Source of the DNA: Eledone cirrhosa
Lineage: Eukaryota
DNA: 64,000 bases
Direction of reading: 5' to 3'
NCBI GenBank assembly: GCA_964016885.1
Contig: OZ024761.1
Span: 7,750,001 to 7,814,000, forward strand
Under the pieces are notes generated by a model. That model saw only the letters and a program-made list of their open reading frames with translations. It had not been told where the DNA came from and did not search any database. The translations under genes were made by a program, and so were the position numbers. Below, one piece after another: positions 43,101 through 55,100 of this stretch; the first letter of the stretch is position 1; each line of letters starts with the position of its first letter.

Positions 43101-46100
43101 GTGTTCCAGTGTGTGTGCTAGTGTGTGTGCCAGTGTGTGTGTCAGTGTGTGTGCTAGTGTGTGTGCCAGTGTGTGTGCCAGTGTGTGTGCCAGTGTGTGT
43201 GCCAGTGTGTGTGCCAGTGTGTGTGCCAGTGTGTGTGCCAGTGTGTGTGCCAGTGTGTGTGCCAGTGTGTGTGCCAGTGTGTGTGCCAGTGTGTGTGCCA
43301 GTGTATGTGCCAGTGTGTGTGCCAGTGTGTGAGCCAGTGTGTGTGCTAGTGTGTGTGCCAGTGTGTGTGCCAGTGTGTGTGCCAGTGTGTGTGCCAGAGT
43401 GTGTACTATTGTGTGTGCCAGTGTGTGTGCTAGTGTGTGTGTGTGCCAGTGTGTGTGCTAGTGTGTGTGCCAGTGTGTGTGCTAGTGTGTGTGCCAGTGT
43501 GTGTGCCAGTGTGTGTGCCAGTGTGTGTGCTAGTGTGTGTGTGTGCCAGTGTGTGTTCCAGTGTGTGTGCTAGTGTGTGTGCCAATGTGTGTGCCAGTGT
43601 GTGTGCTAGTGTGTGTGCCAGTGTGTGTGCTAGTGTGTGTGCTAGTGTGTGCTAGTGTGTGTTCCAGTGTGTGTGCCAGTGTGTGTGCTAGTGTGTGTGT
43701 GCCAATGTGTGTTGCAGTGTGTGTGCTAGTGTGTGTGCCAGTGTGTGTGCCAGTGTGTGTGCTAGTGTGTGTGCCAGTGTGTGTGCTAGTGTGTGTGCCA
43801 GTGTGTGTGCTAGTGTGTTTGTGCCAGTGTGTGTTCCAGTGTGTGTGCCAGTGTGTGTGCCAGTGTGTGTGCTAGTGTGTGTGCCAGTGTGTGTGCCAGT
43901 GTGTGTGCCAGTGTGTGTGCCAGTGTGTGTGCTAGTGTGTGTGCCAGTGTGTGTGCCAGTGTGTGTGCTAGTGTGTGTGCTACTGTGTGTGCCAGTGTGT
44001 GTGCCAGTGTGTGTGCTAGTGTGTGTGCCAGTGTGTGTGTCAGTGTGTGTGCCAGTGTGTGTGCCAGTGTGTGTGCCAGTTTGTGTGCCAGTGTGTGTGC
44101 CAGTGTGTGTGCCAGTGTATGTGCCAGTGCGTATGCCAGTGTGTGTGCCAGTGCGTGTGCTAGTGTGTGTGCCAGTGTGTGTGCCAGTGTGTGTGCTAGT
44201 GTGTGTGCCAGTGCGTGTGCTAGTGTGTGTGCCAGTGTGTGTGCCAGTGTGTGCTAGTGTGTGTGCCAGTGTGTTCCAGTGTGTGTGCCAGTGTGTGTGC
44301 CAGTGTGTGTGCTAGTGTGTGTGCCAGTGCGTGTGCCAGTGTGTGTGCCAGTGTATGTGCCAGTGTGTGCTAGTGTGTGTGCCAGTGTGTGTGCCAGTGT
44401 GTGTGCCAGTGTGTGTGCCAGTGTGTGTGCTAGTGTGTGTGCCACTGTGTGTGCTAGTGTGTGTGCTAGTGTGTATGTGCCAGTGTGTGTGCCAGTGTGT
44501 GTGCTAGTGTGTGTGCCAGTGTGTGTGCTAGTGTGTGTGCCAGTGTGTGTACTATTGTGTGTGATAGTGTGTGTGCCACTGTGTGTGCTAGTGTGTGTGC
44601 TAGTGTGTATGTGCCAGTGTGTGTGCCAGTGTGTGTGCTAGTGTGTGTGCCAGTGTGTGTGCTAGTGTGTGTGCCAGTGTGTGTGCCAGTGTGTGTGCCA
44701 GTGTGTGTACTATTGTGTGTGCTAGTGTGTGTTCCAGTGTGTGTGCCAGTGTGTGTGCTAGTGTGTGTGCCAGTGTGTGTGCCATTGTGTGTGCTAGTGT
44801 GCGTGCTAGTGTGTGTGTGCCAGTGTGTGTTCCAGTGTGTGTGCTAGTGTGTGTGTGCCAGTGTGTGTTCCAGTGTGTGTGCCAGTGTGTGTGCCAGTGT
44901 GTGTGCTAGTGTGTGTGCCAGTGTGTGTGCCAGTGTGTGTGCCAGTGTGTGTACTATTGTGTGTGCTAGTGTGTGTTCCAGTGTGTGTGCCAGTGTGTGT
45001 GCTAGTGTGTGTGCCAGTGTGTGTGCCATTGTGTGTGCTAGTGTGTGTGCCAGTGTGTGTGCTAGTGTGTGTGTGCCAGTGTGTGTTCCAGTGTGTGTGC
45101 TAGTGTGTGTGCCAGTGTGTGTGCCAGTGTGTGTGCCAGTGTATGTGCCAGTGTGTGCCAGTGTGTGTGGCAGTGTGTGTGCCAGTGTGTGTGCCAGTGT
45201 GTGTACTATTGTGTGTGCCAGTGTGTGTGCCAGTGTGTGTGCTAGTGTGTGTGCTAGTGTGTGTGCCAGTGTGTGTGCCAGTGTGTGTACTATTGTGTGT
45301 GCCAGTGTGTGTGCCAGTGTGTGTGCTAGTGTGTGTGCCAGTGTGTGTGCTAGTGTGTGTGCCAGTGTGTGTGCCAGTGTGTGTGCCAGTGTGTGTACTA
45401 TTGTGTGTGCCAGTGTGTGTGCCAGTGTGTGTGCTAGTGTGTGTGCCAGTGTGTGTGCTAGTGTGTGTGCCAGTGTGTGTTCCAGTGTATGTGCTAGTGT
45501 GTGTGCCAGTGTGTGTGCCAGTGTGTGTGCTAGTGTGTGTGCCAGTGTGTGTGCTAGTGTGTGTGCCAGTGTGTGTGCCAGTGTGTGTGCCAGTGTGTGT
45601 ACTATTGTGTGTGCTAGTGTGTGTGCCAGTGTGTGCCAGTGTGTGTGCTAGTGTGTGTGCCAGTGTGTGTGCCAGTGTGTGTGTGCCAGTGTGTGTTCCA
45701 GTGTGTGTGCTAGTGTGTGTGTGCCAGTGTGTGTTCCAGTGTGTGTGCTAGTGTGTGTGTGCCAGTGTGTGTTCCAGTGTATGTGCTAGTGTGTGTGTGC
45801 CAGTGTGTGTGCCAGTGTGTGTGCTAGTGTGTGTGCCAGTGTGTGTGCCAGTGTGTGTGCTAGTGTGTGTGTGCCAGTGTGTGTTCCAGTGTGTGTGCTA
45901 GTGTGTGTGTGCCAGTGTGTGTGCCAGTGTGTGTGCTAGTGTGTGTGTGCCAGTGTGTGTTCCAGTGTGTGTGCCAGTGTGTGTGTGCCAGTGTGTGTTC
46001 CAGTGTGTGTGCTAGTGTGTGTGTGCCAGTGTGTGTTCCAGTGTATGTGCTAGTGTGTGTGCCAGTGTGTGTGCCAGTGTGTGTGCTAGTGTGTGTGCCA

Positions 46101-49100
46101 GTGTGTGTGCTAGTGTGTGTGCCAGTGTGTGTGCCAGTGTGTGTGCCAGTGTGTGTACTATTGTGTGTGCTATTGTGTGTGCCAGTGTGTGTGCCAGTGT
46201 GTGTGTGCCAGTGTGTGCCAGTGTGTGTGCCAGTGTGTGTGCCAGTGTGTGTGCTAGTGTGTGTGCCAGTGTGTGTGCCAGTGTGTGTGCCAGTGTGTGT
46301 GCGAGTGTGTGTGCCAGTGTGTGTGCTAGTGTGTGTGTGCCAGTGTGTTCCAGTGTGTGTGCTAGTGTGTGTGCCAGTGTGTGTGCCAGTGTGTGTGCGA
46401 GTGTGTGTGCCAGTGTGTGTGCTAGTGTGTGTGTGCCAGTGTGTGTTCCAGTGTGTGTGCCAGTGTGTGTGCCAGTGTGTGTGCTAGTGTGTGTGCCAGT
46501 GTATGTGCCAGTGTGTGTGTGCCAGTGTGTGCCAGTGTGTGTGCCAGTGTGTGTGCCAGTGTGTGTGCTAGTGTGTGTGCCAGTGTGTGTGCCAGTGTGT
46601 GTGCTAGTGTGTGTGCCAGTGTGTGTGCCAGTGTGTGTGCCAGTGTGTGTGCCAGTGTGTGTGCTAGTGTGTGTGTGCCAGTGTGTGTTCCAGTGTGTGT
46701 GCCAGTGTGTGTGCCAGTGTGTGTGCTAGTGTGTGTGCCAGTGTGTGTGCTAGTGTGTGTGCTAGTGTGTGTGTGCCAGTGTGTGTTCCAGTGTATGTGC
46801 TAGTGTGTGTGCCAGTGTGTGTGCCAGTGTGTGTGCTAGTGTGTGTGCCAATGTGTGTGCCAGTGTGTGTGCTAGTGTGTGTGCCAGTGTGTGTGCTAGT
46901 GTGTGTGCTAGTGTGTGCTAGTGTGTGTTCCAGTGTGTGTGCCAGTGTGTGTGCTAGTGTGTGTGTGCCAGTGTGTGTTGCAGTGTGTGTGCTAGTGTGT
47001 GTGCCAGTGTGTGTGCCAGTGTGTGTGCTAGTGTGTGTGCCAGTGTGTGTGCTAGTGTGTGTGCCAGTGTGTGCCAGTGTGTGTGCCAGTGTGTGTGCTA
47101 GTGTGTGTGTGCCAGTGTGTGTTCCAGTGTGTGTGCCAGTGTGTGTGCCAGTGTGTGTGCTAGTGTGTGTGCCAGTGTGTGTGCCAGTGTGTGTGCTAGT
47201 GTGTGTGTGCCAGTGTGTGTTCCAGTGTATGTGCTAGTGTGTGTGCCAGTGTGTGTGCCAGTGTGTGTGCTAGTGTGTGTGCCAGTGTGTGTGCTAGTGT
47301 GTGTGCCAGTGTGTGTGCTAGTGTGAGTGTGCCAGTGTGTGTGCGAGTGTGTGTGCCAGTGTGTGTGCTAGTGTGTGTTCCAGTGTGTGTTCCAGTGTGT
47401 GTGCTAGTGTGAGTGTGCCAGTGTGTGTGCGAGTGTGTGTGCCAGTGTGTGTGCTAGTGTGTGTTCCAGTGTGTGTTCCAGTGTGTGTGCTAGTGTGAGT
47501 GTGCCAGTGTGTGTGCGAGTGTGTGTGCCAGTGTGTGTGCTAGTGTGTGTTCCAGTGTGTGTTCCAGTGTGTGTGCTAGTGTGAGTGTGCCAGTGTGTGT
47601 GCGAGTGTGTGTGCTAGTGTGTGTGCCAGTGTGTGTTCCAGTGTGTGTGCCAGTGTGTGTGCCAGTGTGTGCTAGTGTGTGTTCCAGTGTGTGTTCCAGT
47701 GTGTGTGCTAGTGTGTGTGCCAGTGTTTGTGCTAGTGTGCGTGCCAGTGTGTGTGCCAGTGTGTGTGCCAGTGTGTGTGCCAGTGTGTGTGTGCCAGTGT
47801 GTGTTCCAGTGTGTGTGTGCCAGTGTGTGTTCCAGTGTGTGTGCTAGTGTGTGTGCCAGTGTGTGTGCCAGTGTGTGTGCTAGTGTGTGTGCCAGTGTGT
47901 GTGCCAGTGTATGTGCTAGTGTGTGTGCCAGTGTGTGTTCCAGTGTGTGTGTGCCAGTGTGTGTTCCAGTGTGTGTGCTAGTGTGTGTGCCAGTGTGTGT
48001 GCCAGTGTGTGTGCCAGTGTGTGTGCCAGTGTGTGTGCTAGTGTGTGTGCCAGTGTGTGTGCCAGTGTGTGTGCTAGTGTGTGTGCCAGTGTGTGTGCTA
48101 GTGTGTGTGCCAGTGTGTGTGCTAGTGTGTGTGCCAGTGTGTGCCAGTGTGTGTGCCAGTGTGTGTGCCAGTGTGTGTGCTAGTGTGTGTGTGCCAGTGT
48201 GTGTTCCAGTGTGTGTGCTAGTGTGTGTGCCAGTGTGTGTGCCAGTGTGTGTGCCTGTGTGTGTACTATTGTGTGTGCCAGTGTGTGTGCTAGTGTGTGT
48301 GCCAGTGTGTGTGCCAGTGTGTGTGCTAGTGTGTGTGTGTGCCAGTGTGTGTGCTAGTGTGTGTGCCAGTGTGTGTGTCAGTGTGTGTGCCAGTGTGTGT
48401 GCCAGTGTGTGTGCCAGTGTGTGTGCCAGTGTGTGTGCCAGTGTGTGTGCCAGTGTGTGTGTGCCAGTGTGTGTTCCAGTGTGTGTGCTAGTGTGTGTGC
48501 CAGTGTGTGTGCTAGTGTGTGTGTGCCAGTGTGTTCCAGTGTGTGTGCTAGTGTGTGTGCCAGTGTGTGTGCCAGTGTGTGTGTGCTAGTGTGTGTGCCA
48601 GTGTGTGTGCCAGTGTGTGTGTGCTAGTGTGTGTGCCAGTGTGTGTGCCAGTGTGTGTGTGCCAGTGTGTGTTCCTGTGTGTGCTAGTGTGTGTGCCAGT
48701 GTGTGTGCTAGTGTGTGTGCCACTGTGTGTGTTAGTGTGTGTGCCAGTGTGTGCCAGTGTGTGTGCCAGTGTGTGTGCTAGTGTGTGTGCTAGTGTGTGC
48801 TAGTGTGTGTGCCAGTGTGTGTTCCAGTGTGTGTGCTAGTGTGTGTGCCAGTGTGTGTGCCAGTGTGTGTGCCAGTGTGTGTGCCAGTGTGTGTGCTAGT
48901 GTGTGTGCCAGTGTGTGTGCCAGTGTGTGTGCCAGTGTGTGTGCTAGTGTGTGTGCCAGTGTGTGTGCCAGTGTGTGTGCCAGTGTATGTGCCAGTGTGT
49001 GTGCCAGTGTGTGTGCTAGTTTGTGTGCCATTGTGTGCGTCAGTGTGTGCGCCAGTGTGTGCGCCAGTGTGTGTGCCAGTGTGTGTGCCAGTGTGTGTGC

Positions 49101-52100
49101 TAGTGTGTGTGTGCCAGTGTGTGTTCCAGTGTGTGTGCCAGTGTGTGTGCCAGTGTGTGTGCCAGTGTGTGTGCCAGTGTGTGTGCTAGTGTGTGTGCCA
49201 GTGTGTGTGCCAGTGTGTGTGCTAGTGTGTGTGCCAGTGTGTGTGCCAGTGTGTGTGCCAGTGTGTGTGCCAGTGTGTGTGCTAGTGTGTGTGCCAGTGT
49301 GTGTGCCAGTGTGTGTGCCAGTGTGTGTGCCAGTGTGTGTGCCAGTGTGTGTGCTAGTGTATGTGCCAGTGTGTGCTAGTGTGTGTGCCAGTGTGTGTGC
49401 CAGTGTGTGTGCCAGTGTGTGTGCTAGTGTGTGTGTGCCAGTGTGTGTTCCAGTGTGTGTGCTAGTGTGTGTGCCAGTGTGTGTGCCAGTGTGTGTGCCA
49501 GTGTGTGTGCCAGTGTGTGTGCTAGTGTGTGTGCCAGTGTGTGTGCCAGTGTGTGTGCTAGTGTGTGTGCCAGTGTGTGCGCCAGTGTGTGTGCCAGTGT
49601 GTGTGCCAGTGTATGTGCCAGTGTGTGTGCCAGTGTGTGTGCCAGTGTGTGTGCTAGTGTATGTGCCAGTGTGTGCTAGTGTGTGTGCCAGTGTGTGTGC
49701 CAGTGTGTGTGCTAGTGTATGTGCCAGTGTGTGCTAGTGTGTGTGCCAGTGTGTGTGCCAGTGTGTGTGCTAGTGTGTGTGCCAGTGTGTGTACTAGTGT
49801 GTGTGCCAGTGTGTGTGCCAGTGTGTGTTCCAGTGTGTGTGCTAGTGTGTGTGCCAGTGTGTGTACTATGGTGTGTGCCAGTCTGTGTGCTAGTGTGTGT
49901 ACTAGTGTGTATGTGCCAATGTGTGTGCCAGTGTGTGCTAGTGTGTGTGCCAGTGTGTGTGCTAGTGTGTGTTCCAGTGTGTGTGCTAGTGTATGTGCCA
50001 GTGTGTGTGCCAGTGTGTCTGCCAGTGTGTGTACTATTGTGTGTGCCAGTGTGTGTGCTATTGTGTGTGCCAGTGTGTGTGCCAGTGTGTGTGCTAGTGT
50101 GTGTGCCAGTGTGTGTGCCAGTGTGTGTTCCAGTGTGTGTGCCAGTTTGTGTGCCAGTGTGTGTACTATTGTGTGTGCCAGTGTGTGTGCTATTGTGTGT
50201 GCCAGTGTGTGTGCCAGTGTGTACTAGTGTGTGTGCCAGTGTGTGTGCGAGTGTGTGTGCCAGTGTGTGTACTATTGTGTGTGCCAGTGTGTGTGCTAGT
50301 GTGTGTGCCAGTGTGTGTGCCAGTGTGTACTAGTGTGTGTGCCAGTGTGTGTGCGAGTGTGTGTGCCAGTGTGTGTGCTAGTGTATGTGCCAGTGTGTGT
50401 GCCAGTGTGTGTGCCAGTGTGTGTGCCAGTGTGTGTGCTAGTGTGTGTGCCAGTGTGTGTGCCAGTGTGTGTGCCAGTGTGTGTGCCAGTGTGTGTGCCA
50501 GTGTGTGTGCCAGTGTGTGTGCTAGTGTGTGTGCCAGTGTGTGTGCCAGTGTGTGTGCCAGTGTGTGTGCCAGTGTGTGTGCCAGTGTGTGTGCCAGTGT
50601 GTGTGGCAGTGTGTGTGCTAGTGTGTGTGCCAGTGTGTGTGCCAGTGTGTGTGCCAGTGTGTGTGCCAGTGTGTGTGCTAGTGTGTGTGCCAGTGTGTGT
50701 GCCAGTGTGTGTGCCAGTGTGTGTGCCAGTGTGTGTGCCAGTGTGTGTGCTAGTGTGTGTGCCAGTGTGTGTGCCAGTGTGTACTAGTGTGTGTGCGAGT
50801 GTATGTGCCAGTGTGTGTGCTAGTGTGTGTGCCAGTGTATGTGCCAGTGTGTGCTAGTGTGTGTGCCAGTGTGTGTTCCAGTGTGTGTGCTAGTGTGTGT
50901 GCCAGTGTGTGTGCTAGTGTGTATGTGCCAGTGTGTGTGCCAGTGTGTGTGCTAGTGTGTGTGCCAGTGTGTGTGCCAGTGTGTGTGTGCCAGTGTGTGT
51001 GCTAGTGTGTGTGCCAGTGTGTGTGCCAGTGTGTGTGCCAGTGTGTGTGCTAGTGTGTGTGTCAGTGTGTGTGCCAGTGTGTGTGCCAGTGTGTGTGCCA
51101 GTGTGTGCTAGTGTGTGTGCCAGTGTGTGTGCCAGTGTGTGTGCCAGTGTGTGTACTAGTGTGTGTGCCCGTGTGTGTGCGAGTGTGTGTGCCAGTGTGT
51201 GTGCTAGTGTATGTGCCAGTGTGTGTGCCAGTGTGTGTGCTAGTGTGTGTGCCCGTGTGTGTGCGAGTGTGTGTGCCAGTGTGTGTGCTAGTGTGTGTGC
51301 CAGTGTGTGTGCTAGTGTGTGTGCCAGTGTGTGTGCCAGTGTGTGTGCCAGTGTGTGTGCTAGTGTGTGTGCTAGTGTGTGTGCCAGTGTGTGTGCCAGT
51401 GTGTGTGCTAGTGTGTGTGCTAGTGTGTGTGCCCGTGTGTGTGCGAGTGTGTGTGCCAGTGTGTGTGCTAGTGTATGTGCCAGTGTGTGTGCCAGTGTGT
51501 GTGCTAGTGTGTGTGCCCGTGTGTGTGCGAGTGTGTGTGCCAGTGTGTGTGCTAGTGTGTGTGCCAGTGTGTGTGCTAGTGTGTGTGCCAGTGTGTGTGC
51601 CAGTGTGTGTGCCAGTGTGTGTGCTAGTGTGTGTGCTAGTGTGTGTGCCAGTGTGTGTGCCAGTGTGTGTGCGAGTGTGTGTGCCAGTGTGTGTGCCAGT
51701 GTGTGTGCCAGTGTGTGTGCCAGTGTGTGTGCCAGTGTGTGTGCTAGTGTGTGTGCTAGTGTATGTGCCAGTGTGTGCTAGTGTGTGTGCCAGTGTGTGT
51801 GCTAGTGTATGTGCCAGTGCGTGTGCCAGTGTATGTGCCAGTGTGTGTGCCAGTGCGTGTGCCAGTGTATGTGCCAGTGTGTGTACTATTGTGTGTGCGA
51901 GTGTGTGTGCCAGTGTGTGTGCTAGTGTGTGTGCCAGTGTGTGTGCCAGTGTGTGTGCCAGTGTGTGTGCTAGTGTGTGTGCTAGTGTATGTGCCAGTGT
52001 GTGCTAGTGTGTGTGCCAGTGTGTGTGCTAGTGTATGTGCCAGTGCGTGTGCCAGTGTATGTGCCAGTGTGTGTGCCAGTGTGTGTGCCAGTGTATGTGC

Positions 52101-55100
52101 CAATGTGTGTGCCAGTGTGTGCCAGTGTATGTGCCAGTGTGTGCTAGTGTGTGTGCCAGTGTGTGTGCCAGTGTGTGTACTATTGTGTGTGCCAGTGTGT
52201 GTGCCAGTGTGTGTGCTAGTGTGTGTGCCAGTGTGTGTACTATTGTGTGTGCCAGTGTGTGTGCCAGTGTGTGTGCTATTGTGTGTGCCAGTGTGTGTGC
52301 CAGTGTGTGTGCTAGTGTGTGTGCCAGTGTGTGTGCCAGTGTGTGTGCTAGTGTGTGTGCGAGTGTGTGTGCCAGTGTGTGTGCTAGTGTGTGTGCCAGT
52401 GTGTGTGCCAGTGTGTGTGCCAGTGTGTGTGCTAGTGTCTGTGCCAGTGTGTGTGCCAGTGTGTGTGCCAGTGTGTGTGCCAGTGTGTGTGCCAGTGTGT
52501 GTGGCAGTGTGTGTGCTAGTGTGTGTGCCAGTGTGTGTGCTAGTGTGTGTGCCAGTGTGTGTGCTAGTGTGTGTGCCAGTGTGTGTGCCAGTGTGTGTGC
52601 CAGTGTGTGTACTATTGTGTGTGCCAGTGTGTGTGCTAGTGTGTGTGCCAGTGTGTGTGCTAGTGTGTGTGCCAGTGTGTGTGCCAGTGTGTGTGCTAGT
52701 GTGTGTGCTAGTGTCTGTGCCAGTGTGTGTGCTAGTGTGTGTGCCAGTGTGTGTACTATTGTGTGTGCCAGTGTGTGTGCCAGTGTGTGTGCTAGTGTGT
52801 GTGCCAGTGTGTGTGCCAGTGTGTGTGCCAGTGTGTGTACTATTGTGTGTGCTAGTGTGTGTGCTAGTGTCTGTGCCAGTGTGTGTGCCAGTGTGTGTGC
52901 TAGTGTGTGTGCTAGTGTGTGTGCCAGTGTGTGTGCCAGTGTGTGTGCTAGTGTGTGTGCTAGTGTGTGTGCCAGTGTGTGTGCCAGTGTATGTGCCAGT
53001 GTGTGTACTATTGTGTGTGCTAGTGTGTGTGCCAGTGTGTGTGCCAGTGTGTGTGCCAGTGTGTGTGCTAGTGTCTGTGCCAGTGTGTGTGCCAGTGTGT
53101 GTGCTAGTGTGTGTGCCAGTGTGTGTGCCAGTGTGTGTGTGCCAGTGTGTGTGCTAGTGTATGTGCCAGTGTGTGTGCCAGTGTGTGTGCCAGTGTGTGT
53201 GCCAGTGTGTGTGCCAGTGTGTGTACTATTGTGTGTGCCAGTGTGTGTGCTAGTGTGTGTGCCAGTGTGTGTGCCAGTGTATGTGCCAGTGTGTGCTAGT
53301 GTGTGTGCCAGTGTGTGTGCTAGTGTGTGTGCCAGTGTGTGTACTATTGTGTGTGCCAGTGTGTGTGCCAGTGTGTGTGCTAGTGTGTGTGCCAGTGTGT
53401 GTACTATTGTGTGTGCCAGTGTGTGTGCCAGTGTGTGTGCTAGTGTGTGTGCCAGTGTGTGTGCCAGTGTGTGTGCCAGTGTGTGTGCCAGTGTGTGTGC
53501 CAGTGTGTGTGCCAGTGTGTGTGCCAGTGTGTGTGCCAGTGTGTGTGCCAGTGTGTGTACTAGTGTGTGTGCCAGTGTGTGTTCCAGTGTGTGTGTGCCA
53601 GTGTGTGTTCCAGTGTGTGTGTGCCAGTGTGTGTTCCAGTGTGTGTGCCAGTGTGTGTGCCAGTGTGTGTGCCAGTGTGTGTGCTAGTGTGTGTGCCAGT
53701 GTGTGTGCCAGTGTATGTGCTAGTGTGTGTGCCAGTGTGTGTTCCAGTGTGTGTGTGCCAGTGTGTGTTCCAGTGTGTGTGCTAGTGTGTGTGCCAGTGT
53801 GTGTGCCAGTGTGTGTGCCAGTGTGTGTGCTAGTGTGTGTGCCAGTGTGTGTGCCAGTGTGTGTGCTAGTGTGTGTGCCAGTGTGTGTGCTAGTGTGTGT
53901 GCCAGTGTGTGTGCTAGTGTGTGTGCCAGTGTGTGTGCCAGTGTGTGTGCTAGTGTGTGTGTGCCAGTGTGTGTTCCAGTGTGTGTGCTAGTGTGTGTGC
54001 CAGTGTGTGTGCCAGTGTGTGTGCCAGTGTGTGTGCCAGTGTGTGTGCCAGTGTGTGTGCCAGTGTGTGTGCCAGTGTGTGTGCCAGTGTGTGTGCCAGT
54101 GTGTGTGCCAGTGTGTGTGCCAGTGTGTGAGCCAGTGTGTGTGCTAGTGTGTGTGCCAGTGTGTGTGCCAGTGTGTGTGCCAGTGTGTGTGCCAGAGTGT
54201 GTACTATTGTGTGTGCCAGTGTGTGTGCTAGTGTGTGTGCCAGTGTGTGTGCCAGTGTGTGTGCTAGTGTGTGTGTGTGCCAGTGTGTGTGCTAGTGTGT
54301 GTGCCAGTGTGTGTGTCAGTGTGTGTGCCAGTGTGTGTGCCAGTGTGTGTGCCAGTGTGTGTGCCAGTGTGTGTGCCAGTGTGTGTGCCAGTGTGTGTGT
54401 GCCAGTGTGTGTTCCAGTGTGTGTGCTAGTGTGTGCCAGTGTGTGTGCTAGTGTGTGTGTGCCAGTGTGTTCCAGTGTGTGTGCTAGTGTGTGTGCCAGT
54501 GTGTGTGCCAGTGTGTGTGCTAGTGTGTGTGCCAGTGTGTGTGCCAGTGTGTGTGCTAGTGTGTGTGCTAGTGTGTGTGCCAGTGTGTGTACTAGTGTGT
54601 GTGCCAGTGTGTGTGCCAGTGTGTGTGCCAGTGTGTGTGCTAGTGTGTGTGCCAGTGTGTGTGCTAGTGTGTGTGCCAGTGTGTGTGCTAGTGTGTGTGC
54701 CAGTGTGTGTGCCAGTGTGTGTGCCAGTGTGTGTACTATTGTGTGTGCTAGTGTGTGTGCTAGTGTCTGTGCCAGTGTGTGTGCCAGTGTGTGTGCTAGT
54801 GTGTGTGCCAGTGTGTGTGCCAGTGTGTGTGTGCCAGTGTGTGTGCTAGTGTGTGTGCCAGTGTGTGTGCCAGTGTGTGTGCCAGTGTGTGTGCTAGTGT
54901 GTGTGCCAGTGTGTGTGCTAGTGTGTGTGCCAGTGTGTGTACTAGTGTGTGTGCCAGTGTGTGTGCCAGTGTGTGTGCTAGTGTGTGTGCCAGTGTGTGT
55001 GCTAGTGTGTGTGCCAGTGTGTGTGCTAGTGTGTGTGCCAGTGTGTGTGCCAGTGTGTGTACTATTGTGTGTGCTAGTGTGTGTGCTAGTGTCTGTGCCA